Assembly: GCA_002269645.1 (NCBI GenBank) | Contig: NIVC01002740.1 | Coordinates: forward strand, 80,182-144,181 | Source of the DNA: Macrostomum lignano | Taxonomy: Eukaryota | Direction of reading: 5' to 3' | Length of the DNA: 64,000 nucleotides | Shown: in pieces, positions 46,501-59,900 of the stretch | How positions within the stretch are numbered: the first letter of the stretch is position 1 | How the letters are laid out: every line of letters begins with the position of its first letter | Translations under genes and position numbers: made by a program | The notes under the pieces: generated by a model | What the model was told of the DNA's origin: nothing | Database searches by the model: none | What the model saw: the letters and a program-made list of their open reading frames with translations, nothing else

Positions 46501-49500
46501 CTGCTGCTGCTGCTGCTGCTTGCCGCGTTTCTTCTTCTTGCCCGGTTCAGCCGACCCTCCGGCTGCTGCTGCAGGCTTGACTGCAGTATTGGCAGCAGCT
46601 GCAGTAGAATCAGAAGGTGCGTTCGTTAGCAAAGCCTTTTGCTGCGCCACCTGCTGCTGAGGTGACTGCTGCTGAAGGCCGTTTCCGTTCTGCGGCGTTG
46701 GGCCGTCGGCGTTTGCCGCCGCCGCAGCAGCCGCCGCGGCTGCCATTTCCTCAAGTCTGGGGAATGCGTCGAGAAATTCTCGCCGCTCCTCCTCTGCAAA
46801 GAATGATGAGAATCTGTTTTTGTTTGTTGACTGTTTTCTTCACCACCAACGCCGCCAGCGTACAAGTGACCGGTGCCCGTTCCATCCCCTGCAAAGCTAC
46901 CCTTGGTACCAGAGAAGGCACAAAAGTCATCTCATCCCAGAGTGGCCAATAACCATCCCAGAGTGGCAAACAACCATCCCAGAGTGGCCAACAACCATCC
47001 CAGAGTGGCCAACAACCATCCCAGAGTGGCCAACAACCATTCCAGAGTGGCCAACAACCATCCCAGAGTGGCCAACAACCATCCCAGAGTGGCCAACAAC
47101 CATTCCAGAGTGGCCAACAACCATTCCAGAGTGGCCAACAACCATTCCAGAGTGGCCAACAACCATTCAAGAGTGGCCAACAACCATTCCAGAGTGGCCA
47201 ACAACCATCCCAGAGTGGCCAACAACCATCCCAGAGTGGCCAACAACCATTCCAGAGTGGCCAACAACCATTCCAGAGTGGCCAACAACCATTCCAGAGT
47301 GGCCAACAACCATTCAAGAGTGGCCAACAACCATTCCAGAGTGGCCAACAACCATTCCAGAGTGACAAAAAACCATTCCCTTCTATCCCTGGGAGACATA
47401 TGAAGCATTTAAAACCAAAAGCCGACAACCAAAGCAGTAGAAAATGAATCAAAGTCTCATCATGCAAGGCGAACCAGACTGAACAGAGCCCAAGAGTGCC
47501 TAAACAAAACTGTCAAGCTATTTCGACCCTACCATTGGCCAACAGAAATACTTTCTGTTCGACTTTTTATGCAAATTTTCTACTTGTCTGCTCTGACACA
47601 AGCCAACCAGCCGGACCCAGAATAAACAGGTTTAGATGAGCTCCGACGGTTGCTTTGCTAGTGGGTTCGCTGCCTGAACTCCATGGCAACGGTAGAGATT
47701 TTATGAATCCAAACCCTGTGTTTTCTCACTAAAGCAGGGCGAGGAAAAATGCCGCTAGAACGGACTACCGACCGTACACTCAGTTTTAAGTCCGCATTTA
47801 ATCGGCATTTTTCGTTAACAAAACAGCCGATCTGAGTCTTGTCTAAGATTAAGAATCTTTCACTTGGTTTTCACTTCACAATCTCACGGTTGCTGAGCTA
47901 ATAAATTTTTGAGCTTGTGATCGCCCACCGTTCGACTGCTCTTACCGGATGGCACGAAGCGGTCAAAGTCCAGCTGGCTGATGAACCGCACGAGGTCCAA
48001 CGGTCCGATGTGCTTCTTTTTCTGCTTCTGAGACGCAGCTTCTGCTGTTGCAGTCGACGCTCTGCCAATTACAGTCGGAACTGTTGAAAGCTTGCAGCTC
48101 CGACGACGGTGCATCACTGGATGTTCGTCGCTGTCGTTCTGGTGCGAAGACCCGGCAGAATCAGCAGCAGCCACAGTTGCCGCCGTCGCTTCCATTTCGA
48201 TTGTCTGCCTGCAGTGAGTCAGCATCGTTTCCAGCGACTTGCCCGCCCTGATCTTCTCCTCCAGTTGGTCAATCTTGTTGATAAACAACAACACGGACAC
48301 GTCCTGCAGGTAGCGGTTCAGCCACACCTCCTGGAACGTGTCGAGCGACTCCAACAGCCGATTCTTTGGTCGCTCAATGCCGACATCTTCTTTCAACGTC
48401 AGGTCGAAGCTGCTTACGTCGCACAAGTAGAGAATGGCGGTGACGTTGTTGAAACACTGAATCCATTTCTTTCGCTCGCCCTTCTGTCCGCCAACGTCGT
48501 AGACTCTGGTTTTTGAAGGGTTTGAATTTGATGAAGTGCTGGAACTTGACAACATCACATCAATATGAGCGGCTCTTGACTTCCTACTCTCGGCTAGGTA
48601 TTCAGACATGTCACTCAGTAGGCCTCGAAACAACTGTGCTACTTTTCGAGTCGCGAAAAGCTCACAAAAGGGCAGTAAATTCTTGGCAACGAGAAAGCCA
48701 ATTCTGTTGTACATCTTGGAAGCAAATATTCGTGTGTTTGCCTGTTTGCTTTTGGTGAAGACAAAATTCGGGGTTGACTTGCGCACAGAAGGACGGTGCA
48801 TGTTTCAACAAGCATTGCACCAAAGTCCAGACTCTAGAGTATCCACAGCACGTATTAATTATTTCTTTCCTACGTCGTATCTGTATCCCTTTACCCTTTC
48901 TGCGGTCCCTCACTCCCCTGTTCCTAATATATGCACTAATAATTTGTCAATAAATCTTGATTCCAATATTTGTTCACCTGAACTTTGCCGTATGATTTCC
49001 ATCCTTGATCTCGAAGCGAATATCCGTGATATTGTTTGTCATGATTCGGCAACGCAGAATGTCCTGATCCGTGGGTGTGTAGGTCTTGTTTTTGAATAGG
49101 TGAATCCTGTCCAAAAAGCTGGAAAATTAACGGTTTTTGGTGTTATCAAATATCAGAACTAAACAGATTTTTGTTCAGCAATAAGAAGACTCAAAAGTAA
49201 AAAGAAGCATTAACCACTAACTATTTAGCACAATCAATGAGCTGATAGCGATTTGAGTTTCGAAAGCTCTCCTGAACACCCGGATCCTGCCACAGGCGTT
49301 CAGCTGCGCGAAAGAATCGACTCGAATAAACGAACGGGTCCAGGTCCGCTCGGGACGCGTTGTGCGCCTGGTTGTCGGTCATCTGCTGCAGCAGCCACGC
49401 GCCCATTTCGGCGGCCTCCTCGCTGCCGAATGGGATGCCCAACTTGTCCATGGCCGCCACAATGCACTGCGAGTTTTGGTTTCAGCAAACAAATATGAAT

Positions 49501-50222
49501 AACTGGCAATACGAACTGAATTGTGGTGCAAGCGGTGGGATCGTGTCCAGCTTATCAATTTGTTTGCCGAACTTACAGCTATGGAGTCTCGAATGTTTCT
49601 GCGCATGTACGCCAGCTTCTCGCGTCTCTCTCTGAAGCAATCAAAGTAACGTGTCAATGAACCGTCAATAAAGAGCTGTTTGGTCCCACTTTTCCTCTGG
49701 AGAAAACACGAGGGCCTATGGTATATTGGGAGACCGTACTGCTATAACCTGTTTAAACCTCTTCGAAATGCATTAGCGATTGCTATGGAACCTTTCCCGA
49801 TTTTTAGCAATAAATAGTTACTTTTACATGTTGAATTCCCTGTGTGGATATAAAGTTGGAATTTGTCGGACTGGAGATCAATTAACCATTTACAACCCGG
49901 TCTGGCTTATTGAAGGAGCTAGTGGTGTTCTCTTAAAACGGTTTTATCTTTTTATCTAGAACGAAATAATGCATCTAAAAGGGTCTCTCATCACAGACCA
50001 CAAGAATAACTATGTCGGGGAAAAAGCATTAGGAAAGATATATTGCATAGCTAGGGATAGCTGTAAATAAGCCCTTTCAAAATCCAAGTCTTATAACTCC
50101 ACATTGGTACGTCTTTTATAAATACCAGCGACTCTTGATAGCTGCTCACTCGTAACTGAAGCCGTTGATGTGTATGATCTGCATCTGTTTGCACACTGTG
50201 GACTTGCCAGATTCGCCAGTAC
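43587..50222 (-). CDS. Heterotrimeric G-protein alpha subunit, divergent Gs-like, with large low-complexity insertions (first exon not located)
   Basis: Exons 50222-50150, 49631-49577, 49466-49222, 49118-48978, 48505-47946, 46793-46435, 43754-43587, all GT-AG and frame-consistent. G1 GTGESGKST; G2 DILRCRIMT; G3 DVGGQ; G4 NKID; G5 TCAV; C-terminus KHLERFGIL. Gs-like segments: [29 protein letters not shown]. Confidence 0.92.
43986..45957 (+). mobile_element. Internally deleted Gypsy/Ty3 LTR retrotransposon (LTR-PBS-RNaseH end-integrase-PPT-LTR) in the last G-alpha intron
   Basis: 5' LTR 43986-44157 (TGTAGC...GCTACA); PBS TGGTAGCAGAGC 44161-44172 (initiator-Met type). Coding remnants [22 protein letters not shown]...[29 protein letters not shown], frameshifted. 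PPT AGGAGGGGGAG 45762-45772; 3' LTR ~45778-45957; TSD GAAA/GACA. Confidence 0.92.
45958..46390. repeat. 51-bp minisatellite (GACACTATATTCGGTTTAGTTGACAGTCACACTCCCAATGTCCCGTTGACA)
   Basis: About 8 copies, plus about 2 degenerate copies at 43890-43985 on the other side of the Gypsy insertion. Confidence 0.95.
46935..47365. repeat. 21-bp minisatellite (CCAGAGTGGCCAACAACCATT) in a G-alpha intron
   Basis: About 20 copies. Confidence 0.96.
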
Positions 50223-50520
50223 CTGCAAGGGGCCGCAGAAACGAATTGATCAAATTGCGTTATAGTGCGTGCATCGCCCGATCACCCCCCCCTCCAGGCA
50301 ATTCATCACACGCACGCGCAGTCTCAAGAAAATAAAACGTCAGATTTGGGACAGCTCGGATCAGGGGCGGGCGGGACAGAATAATTCAGCTGGCTTAGTG
50401 GTCTAATCAACCCTGATTAGACAGGGATGGGGCGGTGATTACTCCGGCTCCCAGTGTCAGCCTGGGAGTCTGAGACCAGCTCCTATCCGCTGGTCTCCTT
50501 CTCGGTAGAAAGAGAGGAGT

Positions 50521-50521
<1 letters not shown>

Positions 50522-50613
<92 letters not shown>
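50522..50613. repeat. (CT)n microsatellite
   Basis: Direct observation. Confidence 0.98.
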
Positions 50614-50617
<4 letters not shown>

Positions 50618-52107
50618 GTCTCCTTTCTCTGCTCTCTGCCTCAGCTATCCGCCCCGCGGGACGGCCGCAACAGCTGGTGCAAATAAGGGAAAACGAGGAA
50701 AAGGAAAAGCGATTTAATTTCCAGCGCATAGGTTCGTATCTCACGATCTCTCAGTGTCACGCAATGCTGAATGTGAAGGAGCGAGACCCAGTGAAGTGTA
50801 AGGCTTGACTGGGTCTCTAAGCCAGGGCACGGGCGCGTAGATAAACAGTGGACCTGCCACTTTTTTTTCAAAAAAAAAAGAAAAGCCGTCCCGCAACGAA
50901 AAGAAGGCAAATAAGCAGCCGCTGTCCGGAGCATTCTCGTTTCTTCTCCTGGCGCGCACTTCCTCGCAGTCAGTCAGATCGCGCCACGCCTGTTCACCGG
51001 AGCGTGAAGATCGCTCACTGAGTGACGTGAAGTTCGGCGGGCGCACCTTCACTGTCTTGCTAATCCATCTCAATCTGAGTCTATCTGTCCCCACCCTGAT
51101 GGACTGTCATCAGCTTGGGGATACTGCCTGCAGCCGAAAGGACGCACTGATCGGTTGCTATTAACTCATGCATCACTTAATTAATACATTCCCTGAGGCC
51201 CCATTTCTTAATAACCTTCTTTCTGTAAGCCCTCTGTAGTCTCGTTATCTGTCAGATTAAAATAAAGGACAAAAATCAAGTGCCAAAATTGATTCGATCT
51301 CTTTAATTGATTGGCCCATCTTAGCAACTACCCGTGCTTAAAATACACCTGCGACGTCACCAATGTCCAACAATAAGACATCGGAAATCAGAAATAGTTC
51401 TCAGATTATTCAACTTTGTAGCATGTAGGTACGCTCCTATTTGATAAAAAAACACTAATATAACATCTAAACCAACTTATGGAGGCAAACAGAAAAACCG
51501 AATTCGAAAGAGACGCCGAAAGTCACGTCTGACAGTCGAGCAATTTATGCGCACACCTTTCAAAGGTTTATTATGCAGATTTATTTCTCTCTCTGTCTGA
51601 CGCTCCCCCACCACACGCAGCAGGCGTGGGCGCTGGCGACTGAGGCTCAGGTAGAACCCGGGCAGAGAATAAACAGAAAGAAAGGAGAAAGTCAAACAAA
51701 ACCCAGTCTGCATAATTTAACTCTTTCTATTGGAAAGATGATTCTTAAGAGTTGGAGTGTAGATAGAGGTGAATTGAGATGCAGTGAGAAAGATTTACCT
51801 AGTAGCAAACATCCCCCCTCACACTTGAAACCGCATTTGGCAGCGCCGGTGAAAAGCACTGAGACTCAATGGAACTCAGACAGAAACTGTGGGGCTGAAT
51901 AAACATTCAAGACTGCTGCACCGCCTGAAGTAGCTAAAGGGTGGGCAATTGCTACTGCCGAAGCAGATTTTCTTAATTCATATTCAGTCGTCTGGGAGCG
52001 AATAATTAATCCACTCAAACCTTTGAGACAGCTTATCGCTGCTTTTGCCCCGGAATGCTCCAGATTGAATGAGCTTGTCAATTTAACTGATTGTCTAACA
52101 CGCATTA

Positions 52108-52900
<793 letters not shown>

Positions 52901-53975
52901 CTCTTACGACTGTCTGTGTGTTTAGCGGGACCTGAGTTATGTTAATGCGTTACGTGGACCACGCAATTCCGGTTAAAAAATAGAGTCTGTTTTGACAACG
53001 CGAAAGGCTAGCTAGGGTTATCTTTTTGTTAACTTGACGGAATAGCCAGTTCGGGGAAACTGTGGTGGTTCACTAACTACGCTTTGGGGACCGGGTTAGG
53101 TGGACCGCAAAAAAACAGTTGGTTTAGTTAGACCTCTTTCGTTGTAGAAAATTTATTGCTTTAAACTGTTCTTTTGAACTAATTAAAACAGAAATTCTCA
53201 AAAAGAACAGATAAAAGGGTTACGACGTCATTTAATGAAACTACCCCAAGTTCAAACCAATTTATTTAGCATTACTAATCGGGTTAATCGGGTTAAACAA
53301 ATGTACGATCGCATTAGTTAGTTGCGTCGCGTGAATACAAGAAGGTGAATGAAAATAAAGCATTTTGAAAATAAATACCGAATCATATCAAATACTAACT
53401 GTAAACTCATTAAAACTATTTTAGGTCAAAATGTATGCTTCAAATACATGTTAACAAACGTAAGATTCCATTAGTTAAAAAAGGTCATCCGAGTACGAGC
53501 CTACAAGAAGTTGAAGGGCATTTTTAAAAACGACAAAAGTTACTAAAACTGAAAATAAAATGATTTGACTACACCAGTCCTATTATACTGAATGAGTTGG
53601 TGAGCAATCATATGATAAGCCAATCATTTTACCGACTTTCATCTTTTCGTTCACGCAGATGATGGCTTAATCTTCTTATTTTTTCTACGAAATATTCTCC
53701 TGGACCTTCCCTGCCTCCGTGGTCCGGGACCGCTTCTGTTATTGATCTGTCATTGACTCTCTCACGAATTTAAGCTTACTCGGCCATCGAATCCGCTTTC
53801 GTCAGCTCAGCTCTATGATGAACCTTTCTATATTTCTCGTCAATTAGTGGTTTGAATATTCTTTTACAGTTCGTTTTAACCTTCATCTCGGTGAAACGCA
53901 GTCAGTCTCGTCGAGCTCAGGCGAACAAAATCAACCACAGGCTCCTACAAAGGTAGAAAATAAAATTAACTGACA

Positions 53976-56900
53976 ATCAAACAGACACAGAAATCTGTTC
54001 CAGTTGTGTCTGTAGGTTAGGCGGACCACCTTCCGAGAGCAAAAGCCTCAAACAGACTGAGAGAGCTGCTTCAGTTGTGTTTGTAGGTTATGTGGACCAC
54101 CTGAGAGCCAGAGCCTAAACAGACAGAGAAATCTGTTCGAGTTATGTCTGTAGGTTAGGTGGACCAGCTACTCCACAGCACTTCTAGGCGATAATCTGAG
54201 CCAGGAGTCTCCGAGAGCCTCTCGTTACACATCCAGATGTTCTGCCTTGATGCTGGACTAGCTCACTTTCTAGGAATATGTTCTGATTGCATTCTAACAA
54301 ACTGAAGCATTTTCTGCACTAAACTTTCTCGGCGGCTCTGAGAGCCAGAGCCCCAAACAGACAGAGAAATCTGTTCGAGTTGTGTCTGTAGGTTAGGTGG
54401 ACCAGCTACTCCACAGCACTTCTAGGCGATAATCTGAGCCAGGAGTCTCCGAGAGCCTCTCGTTACACATCCAGATGTTCTGCCTTGATGCTGGACTAGC
54501 TCACTTTCTAGGAATCTGTTCTGATTGCATTCTAACAAACTGAAGCATTTTCTGCACTAAACTTTCTCGGCGGCTCTGAGAGCCAGAGCCTCAAACAGAT
54601 AGAGAAATCTGTTCGAGTTGTGTCTGTAGGTTAGGTGGACCAGCTACTCCACAGCACTTCTAGGCGATAATCTGAGCCAGGAATCTCCGAGAGCCTCTCG
54701 TTACACATCCAGATGTTCTGCCTTGATGCTGGACTAGCTCACTTTCTAGGAATCTGTTCTGATTGCATTCTAACAAACTGAAGCATTTTCTGCACTAAAC
54801 TTTCTCGGCGGCTCTGAGAGCCAGAGTCTAAACAGACAGAGAAATCTGTTCGAGTTGTGTCTGTAGGTTAGGTGGACCAGGTACTCCACAGCACTTCTAG
54901 GCGATAATCTGAGCCAGGAGTCTCCGAGAGCCTCTCGTTACACATCCAGATGTTCTGCCTTGATGCTGGACTAGCTCACTTTCTAAGAATCTGTTCTGAT
55001 TGCATTCTAACAAACTGAAGCATTTTCTGCACTAAACTTTCTCGGCGGCTCTGAGAGCCAGAGCCTCAAACAGATAGAGAAATCTGTTCGAGTTGTGTCT
55101 GTAGGTTAGGTGGACCAGCTACTCCACAGCACTTCTAGGCGATAATCTGAGCCAGGAATCTCCGAGAGCCTCTCGTTACACATCCAGATGTTCTGCCTTG
55201 ATGCTGGACTAGCTCACTTTCTAGGAATCTGTTCTGATTGCATTCTAACAAACTGAAGCATTTTCTGCACTAAACTTTCTCGGCGGCTCTGAGAGCCAGA
55301 GCCTCAAACAGACAGAGAAATCTGTTCGAGTTGTGTCTGTAGATTAGGTGGACCACCCTCTGAGAGCAAAAGCCTAAAACAGACTGAGAGAGTTGCTTCA
55401 GTTGTGTTTGTAGGTTATGTGGACCACCTAAGAGCCAGAGCCTCAAACAGACAGAGAAATCTGTTCGAGTTGTGTCTGTAGGTTAGGTGGATCAGCTACT
55501 CCACAGCACTTCTAGGCGATAATCTGAGCCAGGAGTCTCCGAGAGCCTCTCGTTACACATCCAGATGTTCTGCCTTGATGCTGGACTAGCTCACTTTCTA
55601 GGAATCTGTTCTGATTGCATTCTAACAAACTGAAGCATTTTCTGCACTAAACTTTCTCGGCGGCTCTGAGAGCCAGAGCCCCAAACAGACAGAGAAATCT
55701 GTTCGAGTTGTGTCTGTAGGTTAGGTGGACCAGCTACTCCACAGCACTTCTAGGCGATAATCTGAGCCAGGAGTCTCCGAGAGCCTCTCGTTACACATCC
55801 AGATGTTCTGCCTTGATGCTGGACTAGCTCACTTTCTAGGAATCTGTTCTGATTGCATTCTAACAAACTAAAGCATTTTCTGCACTAAACTTTCTCGGCG
55901 GCTCTGAGAGCCAGAGCCTCAAACAGATAGAGAAATCTGTTCGAGTTGTGTCTGTAGGTTAGGTGGACCAGCTACTCCACAGCACTTCTAGGCGATAATC
56001 TGAGCCAGGAATCTCCGAGAGCCTCTCGTTACACATCCAGATGTTCTGCCTTGATGCTGGACTAGCTCACTTTCTAGGAATCTGTTCTGATTGCATTCTA
56101 ACAAACTGAAGCATTTTCTGCACTAAACTTTCTCGGCGGCTCTGAGAGCCAGAGCCCCAAACAGACAGAGAAATCTGTTCGAGTTGTGTCTGTAGGTTAG
56201 GTGGACCAGCTACTCCACAGAACTTCTAGGCGATAATCTGAGCCAGGAGTCTCCGAGAGCCTCTCGTTACACATCCAGATGTTCTGCCTTGATGCTGGAC
56301 TAGCTCACTTTCTAGGAATCTGTTCTGATTGCATTCTAACAAACTGAAGCATTTTCTGCACTAAACTTTCTCGGCGGCTCTGAGAGCCAGAGCCTCAAAC
56401 AGACAGAGAAATCTGTTCGAGTTGTGTCTGTAAATTAGGTGGACCACCCTCTGAGAGCAAAAGCCTAAAACAGACTGAGAGAGTTGCTTCAGTTGTGTTT
56501 GTAGGTTATGTGGACCACCTAAGAGCCAGAGCCTCAAACAGATAGAGAAATCTGTTCGAGTTGTGTCTGTAGGTTAGGTGGATCAGCTACTCCACAGCAC
56601 TTCTAGGCGATAATCTGAGCCAGGAGTCTCCGAGAGCCTCTCGTTACACATCCAGATGTTCTGCCTTGATGCTGGACTAGCTCACTTTCTAGGAATCTGT
56701 TCTGATTGCATTCTAACAAACTGAAGCATTTTCTGCACTAAACTTTCTCGGCGGCTCTGAGAGCCAGAGCCCCAAACAGACAGAGAAATCTGTTCGAGTT
56801 GTGTCTGTAGGTTAGGTGGACCAGCTACTCCACAGCACTTCTAGGCGATAATCTGAGCCAGGAGTCTCCGAGAGCCTCTCGTTACACATCCAGATGTTCT

Positions 56901-59900
56901 GCCTTGATGCTGGACTAGCTCACTTTCTAGGAATCTGTTCTGATTGCATTCTAACAAACTGAAGCATTTTCTGCACTAAACTTTCTCGGCGGCTCTGAGA
57001 GCCAGAGCCTCAAACAGATAGAGAAATCTGTTCGAGTTGTGTCTGTAGGTTAGGTGGACCAGCTACTCCACAGCACTTCTAGGCGATAATCTGAGCCAGG
57101 AATCTCCGAGAGCCTCTCGTTACACATCCAGATGTTCTGCCTTGATGCTGGACTAGCTCACTTTCTAGGAATCTGTTCTGATTGCATTCTAACAAACTGA
57201 AGCATTTTCTGCACTAAACTTTCTCGGCGGCTCTGAGAGCCAGAGTCTAAACAGACAGAGAAATCTGTTCGAGTTGTGTCTGTAGGTTAGGTGGACCAGG
57301 TACTCCACAGCACTTCTAGGCGATAATCTGAGCCAGGAGTCTCCGAGAGCCTCTCGTTACACATCCAGATGTTCTGCCTTGATGCTGGACTAGCTCACTT
57401 TCTAGGAATCTGTTCTGATTGCATTCTAACAAACTGAAGCATTTTCTGCACTAAACTTTCTCGGCGGCTCTGAGAGCCAGAGCCCCAAACAGACAGAGAA
57501 ATCTGTTCGAGTTGTGTCTGTAGGTTAGGTGGACCAGCTACTCCACAGAACTTCTAGGCGATAATCTGAGCCAGGAGTCTCCGAGAGCCTCTCGTTACAC
57601 ATCCAGATGTTCTGCCTTGATGCTGGACTAGCTCACTTTCTAGGAATCTGTTCTGATTGCATTCTAACAAACTGAAGCATTTTCTGCACTAAACTTTCTC
57701 GGCGGCTCTGAGAGCCAGAGCCTCAAACAGACAGAGAAATCTGTTCGAGTTGTGTCTGTAGGTTAGGTGGATCAGCTACTCCACAGCACTTCTAGGCGAT
57801 AATCTGAGCCAGGAGTCTCCGAGAGCCTCTCGTTACACATCCAGATGTTCTGCCTTGATGTTGGACTAGCTCACTTTCTAGGAATCTGTTCTGATTGCAT
57901 TCTAACAAACTGAAGCATTTTCTGCACTAAACTTTCTCGGCGGCTCTGAGAGCCAGAGCCTCAAACAGACAGAGAAATCTGTTCGAGTTGTGTCTGTAGG
58001 TTAGGTGGACCAGCTACTCCACAGCACTTCTAGGCGATAATCTGAGCCAGGAATCTCCGAGAGCCTCTCGTTACACATCCAGATGTTCTGCCTTGATGCT
58101 GGACTAGCTCACTTTCTAGGAATCTGTTCTGATTGCATTCTAACAAACTGAAGCATTTTCTGCACTAAACTTTCTCGGCGGCTCTGAGAGCCAGAGTCTA
58201 AACAGACAGAGAAATCTGTTCGAGTTGTGTCTGTAGGTTAGGTGGACCAGCTACTCCACAGCACTTCTAGGCGATAATCTGAGCCAGGAGTCTCCGAGAG
58301 CCTCTCGTTACACATCCAGATGTTCTGCCTTGATGCTGGACTAGCTCACTTTCTAGGAATCTGTTCTGATTGCATTCTAACAAACTGAAGCATTTTCTGC
58401 ACTAAACTTTCTCGGCGGCTCTGAGAGCCAGAGCCCAAACAGACAGAGAAATCTGTTCGAGTTGTGTCTGTAGGTTAGGTGGACCAGCTACTCCACAGAA
58501 CTTCTAGGCGATAATCTGAGCCAGGAGTCTCCGAGAGCCTCTCGTTACACATCCAGATGTTCTGCCTTGATGCTGGACTAGCTCACTTTCTAGGAATCTG
58601 TTCTGATTGCATTCTAACAAACTGAAGCATTTTCTGCACTAAACTTTCTCGGCGGCTCTGAGAGCCAGAGCCTCAAACAGACAGAGAAATCTGTTCGAGT
58701 TGTGTCTGTAGGTTAGGTGGACCAGCTACTCCACAGCACTTCTAGGCGATAATCTGAGCCAGGAGTCTCCGAGAGCCTCTCGTTACACATCCAGATGTTC
58801 TGCCTTGATGCTGGACTAGCTCACTTTCTAGGAATCTGTTCTGATTGCATTCTAACAAACTGAAGCATTTTCTGCACTAAACTTTCTCGGCGGCTCTGAG
58901 AGCCAGAGCCTCAAACAGACAGAGAAATCTGTTCGAGTTGTGTCTGTAGGTTAGGTGGACCAGCTACTCCACAGCACTTCTAGGCGATAATCTGAGCCAG
59001 GAATCTCCGAGAGCCTCTCGTTACACATCCAGATGTTCTGCCTTGATGCTGGACTAGCTCACTTTCTAGGAATCTGTTCTGATTGCATTCTAACAAACTG
59101 AAGCATTTTCTGCACTAAACTTTCTCGGCGGCTCTGAGAGCCAGAGCCCCAAACAGACAGAGAAATCTGTTCGAGTTGTGTCTGTAGGTTAGGTGGACCA
59201 GCTACTCCACAGCACTTCTAGGCGATAATCTGAGCCAGGAATCTCCGAGAGCCTCTCGTTACACATCCAGATGTTCTGCCTTGATGCTGGACTAGCTCAC
59301 TTTCTAGGAATCTGTTCTGATTGCATTCTAACAAACTGAAGCATTTTCTGCACTAAACTTTCTCGGCGGCTCTGAGAGCCAGAGCCCCAAACAGACAGAG
59401 AAATCTGTTCGAGTTGTGTCTGTAGGTTAGGTGGACCAGCTACTCCACAGCACTTCTAGGCGATAATCTGAGCCAGGAGTCTCCGAGAGCCTCTCGTTAC
59501 ACATCCAGATGTTCTGCCTTGATGCTGGACTAGCTCACTTTCTAGGAATCTGTTCTGATTGCATTCTAACAAACTGAAGCATTTTCTGCACTAAACTTTC
59601 TCGGCGGCTCTGAGAGCCAGAGCCCAAACAGACAGAGAAATCTGTTCGAGTTGTGTCTGTAGGTTAGGTGGACCAGCTACTCCACAGCACTTCTAGGCGA
59701 TAATCTGAGCCAGGAGTCTCCGAGAGCCTCTCGTTACACATCCAGATGTTCTGCCTTGATGCTGGACTAGCTCACTTTCTAGGAATCTGTTCTGATTGCA
59801 TTCTAACAAACTGAAGCATTTTCTGCACTAAACTTTCTCGGCGGCTCTGAGAGCCAGAGCCTAAACAGACAGAGAAATCTGTTCGAGTTGTGTCTGTAGG

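Noticed and set aside
45967-47467. ORFs [31 protein letters not shown]
   Set aside because: 51-bp and 21-bp intronic minisatellites.
47884-48801. ORF-track start of the G-alpha at 48801
   Set aside because: Residues upstream of 48505 are intron read-through; the true acceptor joins to exon 49118-48978.
50741-51713. Candidate first exons of the G-alpha gene (FRCLIVG, RLLRVVG, SGCLF)
   Set aside because: None ends in a phase-1 GT donor at the required Gly with an open upstream frame.
53850-53952. AG...GT-bounded open segment on the + strand
   Set aside because: No partner exons or recognisable protein similarity.
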